DNA from: Candidatus Cloacimonadales bacterium
GTDB lineage: Bacteria; Cloacimonadota; Cloacimonadia; Cloacimonadales; JAIOQZ01
Direction: 5' to 3'
DNA length: 64,000 nt
NCBI GenBank assembly: GCA_963674825.1
Contig: OY771587.1
Coordinates: 1,568,001 to 1,632,000 of the forward strand
Part shown: piece after piece, positions 32,271-42,420 of the stretch
Numbering within the stretch: the stretch's first letter is position 1
Layout of the letters: each line of letters begins with the position of its first letter
The notes under the pieces: generated by a model
Told to the model about the DNA's origin: nothing
The model's input: the letters and a program-made list of their open reading frames with translations, nothing else
Database searches by the model: none
Translations under genes and position numbers: made by a program

Positions 32271-33526
32271 CTTCGCGCCCCCATTTCATTGCCGCGAATG
32301 ATAGCGAATTTGGAAAGCAGCGGTCCGGTCAGTTCGTTGAAAAACACAGAGAACAGAACGATGTTCACCATGTTATCGATGATCTTCACATACTGCGGCT
32401 GGAGATTTTCCAGAAGCGGCGAAGCTTGTACCAGCAGCACAAGCCCTATTGCGACGCCTGCCTGCGGCAGCATGCAAAAGCCAAGATATTTACGGATCGG
32501 CGCTGAGGTCTTTCCTATCGCGCAGCCAACATAGACTCCACCGTACTTTCCGATCGCACGGGTTAGAATATAGACGCCGCCCAGGAGCAGAATGTTACCC
32601 TGCAAGATGATCTGCGGTTGCAGCTCCGTTCCGGCGATCACGAAGAAAAGCGCGTAGATCGGCGGTGTGAGCGGCTCCAGGATACGAAAGATGCGATGAT
32701 TTCGCGCCGACATATTGATGATGATAGCACCGGCAGCCATGTTGGTGATCAGCGGTGAAAGATGAAACACAATCGCGGTGGCGGTCGAGAGGAAGAACAT
32801 GCCCAGCGTGATAATCATGATCTCGTGGGTGTTATTCTTGCGAAAGGTGAGACGGTGAATCAGATAGCCGCTGATAATACCTATCAGGACAGACAACAGC
32901 ACCTCAAGAATGGCGAACGACAGCACGCTCAGGTGACCTGCCGATTCCGACGGCGCACCCAGCATACCCGACACAACGGCAAAGATAATCCCGAAGAGGA
33001 TCACGCAGCCGGCATCATCCAGCGCGACCACGCCATAAAGATAATCGACGAAAATTCCATGTGCACGCAGCGACTGCACAATCGCGACCGTTGCCGCAGG
33101 AGCCGTTGCCGATGCGATAGCGCCCAGAAGCAGCGCGAACGGCGCTTGCATCCCTACCAGGATCAGTCCCGCCGAGACCAGCCCGAAGGTTGCCAATATC
33201 TGTACAATGGTGATGATTACAACCGCACGTCCCATTCGTTTGAGCTTCGCCCAGTAGAATTCTCCGCCAATCGTGAGCGCGATGAGGCCTAACGCAATTT
33301 CGGTGACGATTTTTAGCGATTGATTCATGTGATGCGGAATTAAGCCCAAGACAGAGTCGCCAAGGACCAGACCACCAATGATGAAGCCGGTGATTTCGGG
33401 CAGTTTGAGCTTCGCCGCGGCCCTTCCGAAGAAGTACCCGAGCAATAGAAGAATCCCCACAGAAAACAGCGCATGCTGCGTGAGAATCTCCCTTATCGAA
33501 TGATAGCCCGAAAGAAAATATTCCAT
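32267..33526 (-). CDS. CPA2-family cation:proton antiporter
   Basis: Many TM helices; LPEITGFIIGG, SATAPAAT, VALDDA, RAIGKY and PQAGVAIGL motifs. Confidence 0.88.
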   Translation of the reverse strand: MEYFLSGYHSIREILTQHALFSVGILLLLGYFFGRAAAKLKLPEITGFIIGGLVLGDSVLGLIPHHMNQSLKIVTEIALGLIALTIGGEFYWAKLKRMGRAVVIITIVQILATFGLVSAGLILVGMQAPFALLLGAIASATAPAATVAIVQSLRAHGIFVDYLYGVVALDDAGCVILFGIIFAVVSGMLGAPSESAGHLSVLSFAILEVLLSVLIGIISGYLIHRLTFRKNNTHEIMIITLGMFFLSTATAIVFHLSPLITNMAAGAIIINMSARNHRIFRILEPLTPPIYALFFVIAGTELQPQIILQGNILLLGGVYILTRAIGKYGGVYVGCAIGKTSAPIRKYLGFCMLPQAGVAIGLVLLVQASPLLENLQPQYVKIIDNMVNIVLFSVFFNELTGPLLSKFAIIRGNEMGARR

Positions 33527-33760
33527 ACTCCGACACCTTGTAAATGTGCATGTGGCGTGATTTTACAGCAATGTCGAATCACACAGGATATATTTGATAC
33601 TGTCAATAGAATTCTGTGAATTGTAAACTCCTGCCCACCAATTCGTGAGAGGAGTATTTAGGCGACTCGCTCGGAGATCAAGTACTACAATCGAAAGACA
33701 GCCAAGTTCAGGCTTGATATTACTTTCTCGCTGGATACGCAGACATCCTCGTCTGCATCG

Positions 33761-35068
33761 CTACTTCTCCTGTTTCTCCCTCAGTTTCTTCCACCATTCC
33801 AGACGCTTGCGAATATCCTTCTCAAAACCGAACGGCGATGGTTCATAGTAGGTCTTCTCACCCATCTTCCCGGGGAAGTAGTTCTGGTAATGGTAATGAT
33901 TCTCGAAGTTGTGGGAGTAAGCGTAATCTTTACCGTAATCGAGGTTTTTCATGAGTTGCGTTGGAGCATTACGAATATGCATGGGAACACCGAGGTGACT
34001 GGTTTTCCGAGCATCTTCGCGAGCCTGCGAGTAGGCGTGGTAGATGGCGTTGCTCTTGGGTGCGGTCGCAAGATAGACCACGAGCTGCGCGATGGCGTTA
34101 TCGGCCTCGGGCATACCCAGGAAATGAACCGCGTCTTTCACCGCAATAGCCTGCTGCAAGGCGTTCGGATCGGCAAGCCCCACATCCTCCGAAGCCATCC
34201 GTACCAACCTGCGTACCAGATAGAGCGGATCTTCGCCTGCTTCGAGCATGCGCGCCAGCCAATAGAGCGCCGCCTGCGGATCGCTACCGCGAATTGACTT
34301 GTGCAGCGCCGAGATCAGGTTGTAGTGTTCCTCACCGCTCTTATCGTAGAACATCGCCTTCTTGGCCAGTCGATTGGACGCCGATTCCACGTCGAGCAGC
34401 TCGCCTTCCATGAATTGATTGAGCAGAATTTCGAGGTAGTTGAGCGCTTTGCGTGCATCACCACCGCTGAGGTCAGCGATGTAGTCCAGAACCTCGTCAG
34501 GAACGGTACGATCGACCTTGGTTAATGCACGATCCATGATCGATTTCAGGTGCGGTTCACCCAGCGATTCCAGCACGAATACGTGGCAGCGTGAAAGGAG
34601 AGCCGGGATAATCTCGAAGCTTGGATTCTCGGTGGTCGCACCGATGAGTATAATCGCTCCCGACTCGATGTAGGGCAGAAACGCGTCCTGTTGAGCCTTG
34701 TTGAAACGGTGGATCTCATCGACGAACAGGATCGTCCCCTTATTCTCGGTATGGAGCGTATATTCGGCTTCCTTCATGACCTCTTTGACATCCTTGATGC
34801 TGGCCAGAACCGCGCTGAAGGCAAGGAAGCGATTTTCGGCCTTCTGTTGGATCAGCCGGGCAATGGTTGTCTTGCCGCAACCGGGCGGTCCCCAAAGGAT
34901 AAACGAGGAATATTTCCCGGTCTGGATCATGGTGCGCAGGGCCGAGTTTTCGGAAAGGAGCTTTTCCTGCCCGAGGATATCGTCGAGGCTGTCCGGACGT
35001 GCTTTTTCCGCGAGCGGTATGTTGGTCGGTTTTATCTGGTCGCTGAATAAATCGAGCTGATCTTTCAT
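33761..35068 (-). CDS. rarA: Replication-associated recombination protein A (MgsA/RarA)
   Basis: GPPGCGKTT, DEIHRFNKAQQD, GATTENP, ISALHKSIRGSD, ASEDVGLADP. Confidence 0.95.
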   Translation of the reverse strand: MKDQLDLFSDQIKPTNIPLAEKARPDSLDDILGQEKLLSENSALRTMIQTGKYSSFILWGPPGCGKTTIARLIQQKAENRFLAFSAVLASIKDVKEVMKEAEYTLHTENKGTILFVDEIHRFNKAQQDAFLPYIESGAIILIGATTENPSFEIIPALLSRCHVFVLESLGEPHLKSIMDRALTKVDRTVPDEVLDYIADLSGGDARKALNYLEILLNQFMEGELLDVESASNRLAKKAMFYDKSGEEHYNLISALHKSIRGSDPQAALYWLARMLEAGEDPLYLVRRLVRMASEDVGLADPNALQQAIAVKDAVHFLGMPEADNAIAQLVVYLATAPKSNAIYHAYSQAREDARKTSHLGVPMHIRNAPTQLMKNLDYGKDYAYSHNFENHYHYQNYFPGKMGEKTYYEPSPFGFEKDIRKRLEWWKKLREKQEK

Positions 35069-35961
35069 TTCTTATCTCCTGTGATAACACGGAGCTTCTC
35101 ACCGGTGATCTCGATCATGAGGTCATTCCAGCGCTTGGGCTCGGGTAGCTCGCCATCGAGGTAAACAGGGATTCCGCAAGGTGCCAAAAGATGTAATTGT
35201 CTGCATCGAAATTCGCGCACCACCGGGTGTTCGATATGCTTGCCCGTAAAGACCTTCGGCAGAAGCAGTAGTGCCTTGAAGATCGAGATATGTCGCACCA
35301 GGCAGACATCAAGTAAACCGTCGTTGAGATCGGCGTTGGGCGTAACTGGAATACCGCCGCCGGTCGTGCTGCCATTTCCGACCGCAGCCAGAAGGTATTT
35401 CTCGCTGAAGCGCTCACCATCCGCTACCACATCCATCGAATAGCCCTCATAGCTGATAAACGCCATGAGGATACCTGCCAAATAGCGCACCATACCCTGC
35501 ATCGGACGCACTTTTTCGGCCATCCAGGAGGCTTTGGCGTCGAAACCTGCACCAAGGTTGTTGATGAAAAAGCGGTCATTGAGCTTGCAGACATCGACTT
35601 CCGAAGTACGGTCACTCAGGATAGCATCGAAGGCAATCGCCGGCTCGCGAGGGATACCGATCATCCTGCCGAAATCGTTGCCACCGCCTGCCGGCATCGT
35701 GCCGAGTATTGGTCTCTTTGTCCGATCGATCCGCATAAGACCGTTCACCACTTCGTTCAAGGTTCCGTCTCCACCTACGGAAACAACATGCGTGAATCCT
35801 TCTTCCACAGCTATCGAAGCCTTTTTCTGAGCATCTCCCGCACATTGGGTGGTATAGAGCGTGATGTCGAGCCCAGAATGTTTGTGTACGTGCTCAATGT
35901 AGCGTCGGGTCTTATTTCCTCCACGCGTGATAGGATTCACGATGAACAGGTAACGTTTCAT
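35065..35961 (-). CDS. Diacylglycerol/lipid kinase family protein (YegS/BmrU-like)
   Basis: IVNP, GGDGTLNEV, PAGGGNDF, DGLLDV and DGE motifs. Confidence 0.9.
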   Translation of the reverse strand: MKRYLFIVNPITRGGNKTRRYIEHVHKHSGLDITLYTTQCAGDAQKKASIAVEEGFTHVVSVGGDGTLNEVVNGLMRIDRTKRPILGTMPAGGGNDFGRMIGIPREPAIAFDAILSDRTSEVDVCKLNDRFFINNLGAGFDAKASWMAEKVRPMQGMVRYLAGILMAFISYEGYSMDVVADGERFSEKYLLAAVGNGSTTGGGIPVTPNADLNDGLLDVCLVRHISIFKALLLLPKVFTGKHIEHPVVREFRCRQLHLLAPCGIPVYLDGELPEPKRWNDLMIEITGEKLRVITGDKK

Positions 35962-36115
35962 GTTTTATTCTCCTTGAAATCTGGATCGATCGTCAGGTAT
36001 TTTGTTGCCGCACCCGCAAATCAGTGCAAGGAAAAAATCTGTTAACATCTTCTTCTTGACGCAAGTCGGTTTGTCGTAAAGCATGCCCGAAAACGATCCA
36101 GTAGGGGATACGAGC

Positions 36116-37303
36116 ATGAATATACTGTTTCTGTCGCCCATTTATTCGACCTTCATTCATACGCAGGTTGCGAAGCTGCTGCAAATGGACGATATCTCGG
36201 GAAAGGCCGAATTCCTGGTTCGGCGCTACGCATGGATGCGCAGTAGTAACTACCGGAGCAACTTCCAGCCAGAACGACTCACGGTACGCATTCCCGACGA
36301 ACATTCACATCTGCTGTTTCATCCCAATCTCCCGCGCGACTTGCTATTGCACATGAACGCACGCTGGATCGCGAGCATACTCAAAAAACAATACCGTAAA
36401 GGTGACTTCGACCTCATCCATGCGCATACTCTCTTTCCCGCCGGCGCAACCGCGATGTATCTCGCAAAGAAGTGGGATATCCCTTTTGTGGTCACCACCC
36501 ATGGCTCCGATTTCTACCGCATCCGGCCAGAACTCAATCAAACGCGCGGTGGACGTGCGTACGACAAAGCCACGGCAAGAATCGTGGAGAAGGTGTTGCA
36601 GTACTCCGATCGCATCATCGCTGTCTCACCCGGATACGCGGAAGATATCCACAAGATTGTACCGGAAGCAAAGGTCGAGGTGATCCCAAACAGCTACGAT
36701 CACACCATTTTCTATCCCGGAGACCGCGAAGAAGCCCGACGCGAACTCGGCTTCCCGGATGGCCGCACCATCCTGCTAAGTGTGGGACACTATACCCGGA
36801 CAAAGGGCTTCGAATACCTTATCGAAGCAATGCCAACATTGGTCGAGAAATACGGCGACATCAAGCTCTATCTGATCGGGCACGGAGAACTGGAAGGCAA
36901 CCTCCAGGCGATGATCGACGAAAGGAAGCTCCAGAAGCACGTCGAGCTTCACTCACCCGTCCGTCATGATGAGCTTGCAACATGGTACCGCGCAGCCGAT
37001 CTCTATCTGCAACCGTCGCTCAACGAGACCTTCGGTCTGGCTCTGGCCGAGGCACAGGCCTGCGGACTTCCAGCCGTAACATCCACCGCAACCGGACCAT
37101 CGTACATCTTGAATCTCTCCAAAGGCGGATTGATGGTTCCCGCTGAGGACCCCAAAGCATTGGAGCAGGCAATAACGAGGATTCTCGATGACAAGGAGCT
37201 CTATGCCCAGATACGAACTGCCGCGCCGGGCAATGTCAAGAAATCGCTGACCAACCTTGAAGAACGTATCAGATTACTCTACCATAAGCTTTTACTACGA
37301 TAG
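36116..37303 (+). CDS. Glycosyltransferase family 4
   Basis: DLIHAH, TTHGSD, TKGF and PSLNETFGLALAEAQACG motifs. Confidence 0.9.
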   Translation: MNILFLSPIYSTFIHTQVAKLLQMDDISGKAEFLVRRYAWMRSSNYRSNFQPERLTVRIPDEHSHLLFHPNLPRDLLLHMNARWIASILKKQYRKGDFDLIHAHTLFPAGATAMYLAKKWDIPFVVTTHGSDFYRIRPELNQTRGGRAYDKATARIVEKVLQYSDRIIAVSPGYAEDIHKIVPEAKVEVIPNSYDHTIFYPGDREEARRELGFPDGRTILLSVGHYTRTKGFEYLIEAMPTLVEKYGDIKLYLIGHGELEGNLQAMIDERKLQKHVELHSPVRHDELATWYRAADLYLQPSLNETFGLALAEAQACGLPAVTSTATGPSYILNLSKGGLMVPAEDPKALEQAITRILDDKELYAQIRTAAPGNVKKSLTNLEERIRLLYHKLLLR

Positions 37304-37472
37304 CTGTTATTCACCTATACATTCACTTCTGTCATGAAACCGAATTCACTATTTGCGTTCCTATTTCATTGCACAAAAACACGTTGACAGAAAAAACGAG
37401 TACAAACTAAATGATCTGTTCATTATTCGGCCGGTTATCATACCGGAAATGGAAACAGAGACTGGGGTCTAA

Positions 37473-38204
37473 ATGGATAAACAACAGCCAATAGCACTCA
37501 TTACCGGCGCTGCCCGTGGTATCGGAGCAGCCATCGCCAAACAACTCAGCGCAGACGGTTATATTATCTGGGCAAACTACCGCAGCAACCACGAAGCAGC
37601 CAGCCTACTCAAGCAGGAAATCGAGGAACAAGGCGGACAGTGCGTGCTTGTTCCGTTCGATGTCGCCGACGAAGAGCAGGTCAATCAGGCGCTCTCTCCA
37701 CTTCTGGAGAACGCAACACCGGATGTCCTGGTCAATAACGCCGGCTTCAGCCGCGACAGCTTGATGGTTTGGATGTCGTCGGAAGACTGGCAGGCCGTCA
37801 CCGACGTTACCCTGCGCGGTTTCTTCCTGGTCACCAAGCAAGTCCTGCTGGGCATGATGAAGCAGCGCAAAGGTGTCATCGTCAACGTCGCCTCCACCGC
37901 GGGACAGAGCGGACTCGCCGGACAGGCAAACTATTCCGCCGCCAAAGCCGGGCTCATCGGCGCAACCAAGTCGCTTGCCAAAGAGGTTATCAAGCGTAAG
38001 GTGCGCGTCAACTGCGTCGCGCCGGGATTTGTCGAGACCGATATGACAAACGATCTCCCGGTTGACGAGATCAAGAAAACCATCCCCGCCGGAAGGTTCG
38101 GCAAAGTGGAAGAAATCGCCGGCGTGGTGAGCTTCCTATGCTCGGACGCAGCCGCCTATATCGTAGGCGAAACCATCTCCGTCAACGGCGGAATTTACAC
38201 CTGA
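37473..38204 (+). CDS. fabG: 3-oxoacyl-ACP reductase (cluster-specific FabG)
   Basis: TGAARGIG, LVNNAG, GQANYSAAK and VAPGFVETDM motifs. Confidence 0.92.
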   Translation: MDKQQPIALITGAARGIGAAIAKQLSADGYIIWANYRSNHEAASLLKQEIEEQGGQCVLVPFDVADEEQVNQALSPLLENATPDVLVNNAGFSRDSLMVWMSSEDWQAVTDVTLRGFFLVTKQVLLGMMKQRKGVIVNVASTAGQSGLAGQANYSAAKAGLIGATKSLAKEVIKRKVRVNCVAPGFVETDMTNDLPVDEIKKTIPAGRFGKVEEIAGVVSFLCSDAAAYIVGETISVNGGIYT

Positions 38205-38250
38205 TCAACGATTTTCGCATCAGCGGAATCCACATAGAAAGAGGTTGAAC

Positions 38251-39465
38251 ATGTACGATGTCGCGATCACCGGTATCGGTGTCGTATCTACCCTGGGAAC
38301 GGGAGTCGAAAAGGTAGCCCGTTCGCTGGAGCAGGGTAAAACTGGAGTAGGAATTGATCCGGAGCGCAAGGAACTCGGCTTCCGCAGCACGCTGACCGGA
38401 ATCATCGATGATTTCGAGCCACCGCAGATGCCGCGTAAACAGCGCAAGACGCTCAGCGATTTCGGCCTGCAAGGCTACGCAGCGGCGCTTGAAGCAGTCG
38501 AGATGGCGGGATGGAGTCAGGAAGATATCCAGACCAGCAGAACCGGCCTGATCATCGGAAACGATTCCTCCGCAATCGCAAATATAACACCTTACGAAGT
38601 TGTTATGCGGGAGAAATCAACGTTCCCGATCGGCGCGACGGTAATCTTCCAGGCGCTGACCTCCACCGTGACGATGAATCTCAATACACTTTTTGGAAAT
38701 CGCGGCGCGTCCTGGACCATATCGGGAGCATGCGCCAGTGGTGGACACGCTGTTGGGCAAGCAGCAGACCTGATCGCGCTTGGCAGGCAGGATCGAGTCA
38801 TATGCGGTGGCGTGCAGGAGATAAGCTGGCAATCGGTTTGCAGCTTCGATGCAACCAACGCCTTTTCCCTCCGTATGGACGAACCCGAGAAGGCGTGTCG
38901 TCCATTCGACAAAGACCGCGACGGCCTGATTCCCAGCGGTGGTGCAGCAATTGTCGCACTCGAGCGGGGCGATATCGCTCGAAAACGTGGTGCAAATATT
39001 CTCGGATGGGTACGTGGCTACGGATTCTCATCCGATGGGCAGAACCTCTCGGTTCCTTCCGGCGACGGCCTGCGGGACTGCATTAAACTCTGTCTCGAAA
39101 ACGCGAAGCTCAATCCTGATCAGATCGACTATATCAATGCGCACGCCACATCGACACCAGTCGGTGACGCCATGGAAGCACGCGCAATCGGCGAAGTTTT
39201 CGCCAACAGCAATCCGTGGGTATCATCAACCAAATCGATGACCGGCCACGAGATGTGGATGTCTGGTGCGGCACAGGTCGTTTACACGCTGCTTATGGCT
39301 CAAAATGGCTTCATTGCGCCCAATCTGAACTACACCACTCCAGATCCCGAAATGCCCACACTCAGGATCGCAAAGGAAACCATTGCGCTAAAACCGAGAC
39401 TGGCACTGCTCAACTCTGCCGGCTTCGGCGGAACGAATTCCTGTCTGATCATTGAGAGCGAATGA
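38251..39465 (+). CDS. Beta-ketoacyl-ACP synthase (FabB/F-like KS 1)
   Basis: GACASG (Cys), INAHATST (His), TKSMTGH (His), GFGG. Confidence 0.92.
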   Translation: MYDVAITGIGVVSTLGTGVEKVARSLEQGKTGVGIDPERKELGFRSTLTGIIDDFEPPQMPRKQRKTLSDFGLQGYAAALEAVEMAGWSQEDIQTSRTGLIIGNDSSAIANITPYEVVMREKSTFPIGATVIFQALTSTVTMNLNTLFGNRGASWTISGACASGGHAVGQAADLIALGRQDRVICGGVQEISWQSVCSFDATNAFSLRMDEPEKACRPFDKDRDGLIPSGGAAIVALERGDIARKRGANILGWVRGYGFSSDGQNLSVPSGDGLRDCIKLCLENAKLNPDQIDYINAHATSTPVGDAMEARAIGEVFANSNPWVSSTKSMTGHEMWMSGAAQVVYTLLMAQNGFIAPNLNYTTPDPEMPTLRIAKETIALKPRLALLNSAGFGGTNSCLIIESE

Positions 39466-40913
39466 GCAAATACGACAGTATCGTAATCGGCGCGGGTGCG
39501 AGCGGATGCGCCTCGGCGTTGCTTCTTGCCATGAACGGGCAGAAAGTCGCACTTGTGGAGTCCCACCGAACCCTGATGCCGCTGATCAAACGATTCAAGC
39601 GCCAAGGCTACTGGTGCGATCCCGGATTCCACTATACTGGCGGTTTGCATCACGATGGCAAGATGTCCGTTTACATGCGCTATATGGGGCTCGACAGCAT
39701 GATCCGGCCTGTCATGATGGATCAGGAATGCTTCGATATCATCCGCGTGAAGGATCGCGAATTTCGCATCCCGTGGGGTATGAAGCGATTACGAGACTAC
39801 CTTTGCTCAGAATTCCCAAAGTCAAGCGCTGCCATCAACACCTATCTCGACTATTTTCACGCGTTGAACGAAAACACCGCTTTCACAAACTACGATCTCC
39901 CCTATGGCACCTATCCTGATGAGATCATCGATTCGCGGAGCCTCTATCGATACCTGCGCGATCTTGGCGCTGAAAAGCAATTGATACAGCTCATCGGTGT
40001 CCACGGCAGCATCGTGTACGGTGCTGACTTGCTGGAAACTCCGGCGTTCATGAACGCTTATATCATGTGGTCGTTCTACAACGGCACCGGGACATTCATC
40101 AACGGCGGCGACGCGCTGGTTGATGCCTTTTCGAAGCGACTCAGCGAGGCCGGGGTAGATGTGTTTCTCGGTTCACCGGTGACGAAGGTCGATATCGATT
40201 CGCAACGTATATTCCGGGGTGTCGAGATCGCCGGAGAAACAATGCTTGAAGCCGATCATTGCGTCGCGAGTCTACATCCACAACGCCTGATGAACCTGAT
40301 CCCAGACCACGGCGTAAGGCCAGCATTCCGTAAAAGAGTGAACGGATTGCAAAACACCGCCTCATTTGCCACGATTTTTTATGGAACTACGATAATCCCC
40401 GAGCCGATCAAGCATGCGAACGAATACACATTTTCACCTGATCGCAAGGACGCTATGGACGGAACTTTCGCCATCATGAAAACCGATCCGGAGCAGAAAA
40501 ACGCGCTTACAGTAATACTTCCGATCAATTCAAATGAATTGGACGATTTATTCAATATTGACAGAAAAGAAGAACCTGAGAAATATCAATCCTTGAAAAA
40601 GGAGATCGGTAAACGGGCGGATCGTGCGCTTTTCCAACGGTTTCCGGAGCTGAAAGGCCATGCGGAAATACTGGATATTGCCACACCGGCAACCTACCAG
40701 CGCTACACTGGCACGCCTCGAGGAACCGCCTACGGTCTGAAGCAATCGAATCAGACCTTCTCGCTGACCACACGCACACCGGTACAGGGTTTGTTCCTTG
40801 CGGGACAAAGCTTGAGTCCGGGAGTACTTGGCGCGTTCGTGACAGGCTTCATGGCTACCGCATCGATCATAGATCCCGATCCGATCTGGAAGGAACTCAG
40901 AAAATGCAGATAA
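39462..40913 (+). CDS. FAD-dependent oxidoreductase, phytoene desaturase/retinol saturase-like
   Basis: IGAGASG Rossmann motif, DPGFHYTG, ATPATYQRYT..PRGTAYG, GLFLAGQS. Confidence 0.85.
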   Translation: MSKYDSIVIGAGASGCASALLLAMNGQKVALVESHRTLMPLIKRFKRQGYWCDPGFHYTGGLHHDGKMSVYMRYMGLDSMIRPVMMDQECFDIIRVKDREFRIPWGMKRLRDYLCSEFPKSSAAINTYLDYFHALNENTAFTNYDLPYGTYPDEIIDSRSLYRYLRDLGAEKQLIQLIGVHGSIVYGADLLETPAFMNAYIMWSFYNGTGTFINGGDALVDAFSKRLSEAGVDVFLGSPVTKVDIDSQRIFRGVEIAGETMLEADHCVASLHPQRLMNLIPDHGVRPAFRKRVNGLQNTASFATIFYGTTIIPEPIKHANEYTFSPDRKDAMDGTFAIMKTDPEQKNALTVILPINSNELDDLFNIDRKEEPEKYQSLKKEIGKRADRALFQRFPELKGHAEILDIATPATYQRYTGTPRGTAYGLKQSNQTFSLTTRTPVQGLFLAGQSLSPGVLGAFVTGFMATASIIDPDPIWKELRKCR

Positions 40914-42148
40914 ATCGAGTTGTAATAACCGGCATGGGGGCCGTATCTCCCTTTGGAGCAGGCGCAGATAAGATGTATGACAGTCTTTGCGCAGGCAAAA
41001 CCGGTGTTGTGAACCTGAAGAAGGAATGGCAAGAAATCGTATCCGACCTGGAATGCTGGGTCGGTGCACCGGTCATCGAAGAGCTCAATGAGAAAAAGAT
41101 CCCTCGTCGCTACCGTAAGCTGATGGGACGCACCGCGATCCTCTCGTACTTCGCAGCGCTGGAAGCGATCGAAAGCGCTGGAATCACCGATGAAATGCTT
41201 CGTTCGGGCGAAGTCGGCGTATGCTTCGGATCTTCGCTGGGCAGCATCCAGAGTACAGCGGAATTTTTCTCCGAAATCATCCGCACAAGCGAAAGCCATC
41301 AGCTCTCATCGGGGATGTTCTTTCAGGTGATGAGCCATACAGCGGCTGCAAACCTGGCGCATGTATTTGGAATTACCGGCAGGGTTCTGGCTGCAAACGC
41401 AGCCTGCGCATCTTCATTGCAATCGATTGGCGTAGCCTACGAGCAAGTTCGCTACGGGATGGCGGATATCATGATTTGCGGTGGTGCTGAAGAGCTTCAC
41501 GCCTACACCAGCACATCGTTTGACATCGTACAGGGAACCTCTACCCACTACAACGATAGCCCCTCCGATACACCTCGGCCATTCGACCGAGATCGTGACG
41601 GAACCGTTTGTGGAGAAGGCGCTGGTTGCCTGATCATTGAATCTGAGGAATCGGCGAAGAAGCGTGGCGCGACGATCCTGGCAGAGATAATAGGATTCCA
41701 AACATCTGCAAGCGGCGAACATATGTCCCATTCGAATGCGGAATCCATTGTATCCTGCATGCGTAAAACGCTCCAAAGCGCAGGAATCAATCCCGAAGAT
41801 GTAGATTATATCAACGCCCACGCGACCGCAACCGAACTTGGCGACCTTCACGAAGCTCAGGCGATCGAAGAGGTATTCAACGGGCATAAAATACCGGTCA
41901 GCAGCCTCAAGGGTTACATGGGTCACACACTTGGAGCCAGCGGAGCACTGGAGCTGATCGCATCGGTATTCATGATGCGAGATCAACAGATTCTCCCCAC
42001 ACGAAACCTGAGCAACCCGGACGATGCCGCCAAAAACTTGCGGCACGTGACCAGTATCGAGCCTGCGAAACTTGATATTATTCTAAAAAACAGCTTCGCC
42101 TTTGGGGGAATCAACACGGCACTATTGATAAGGAGTTATAAATCATGA
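40904..42148 (+). CDS. Beta-ketoacyl-ACP synthase (KS 2)
   Basis: AACASS, INAHATAT, LKGYMGHTLGA and FAFGGIN motifs. Confidence 0.92.
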   Translation: MQINRVVITGMGAVSPFGAGADKMYDSLCAGKTGVVNLKKEWQEIVSDLECWVGAPVIEELNEKKIPRRYRKLMGRTAILSYFAALEAIESAGITDEMLRSGEVGVCFGSSLGSIQSTAEFFSEIIRTSESHQLSSGMFFQVMSHTAAANLAHVFGITGRVLAANAACASSLQSIGVAYEQVRYGMADIMICGGAEELHAYTSTSFDIVQGTSTHYNDSPSDTPRPFDRDRDGTVCGEGAGCLIIESEESAKKRGATILAEIIGFQTSASGEHMSHSNAESIVSCMRKTLQSAGINPEDVDYINAHATATELGDLHEAQAIEEVFNGHKIPVSSLKGYMGHTLGASGALELIASVFMMRDQQILPTRNLSNPDDAAKNLRHVTSIEPAKLDIILKNSFAFGGINTALLIRSYKS

Positions 42149-42399
42149 ACGATGAAATGATTATGGAAAAAATTTCACGTATTCTGGTCGATGAATTTGA
42201 AATTGAAGAAGATAAGATCACGACGGAAGCGACGCTTTACGATGAACTGGGCCTGGATAGCCTGGACGGTGTGGATCTGATCGTTATGCTTGAAAACGAA
42301 TTTGGCTTCAAGGTCGATCGCAAGCAGGATGAAAGCGTCATTCGCGCAATGAGGAACGTACAGCACATCGTCGATTTCATCAAGCAAAAAGCTGCCTGA
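42145..42399 (+). CDS. Acyl carrier protein
   Basis: Acidic 84 aa protein; LGLDSLD phosphopantetheine Ser motif. Confidence 0.92.
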   Translation: MNDEMIMEKISRILVDEFEIEEDKITTEATLYDELGLDSLDGVDLIVMLENEFGFKVDRKQDESVIRAMRNVQHIVDFIKQKAA

Positions 42400-42420
42400 T
42401 TCTTCATCATAGAGCGGAAA

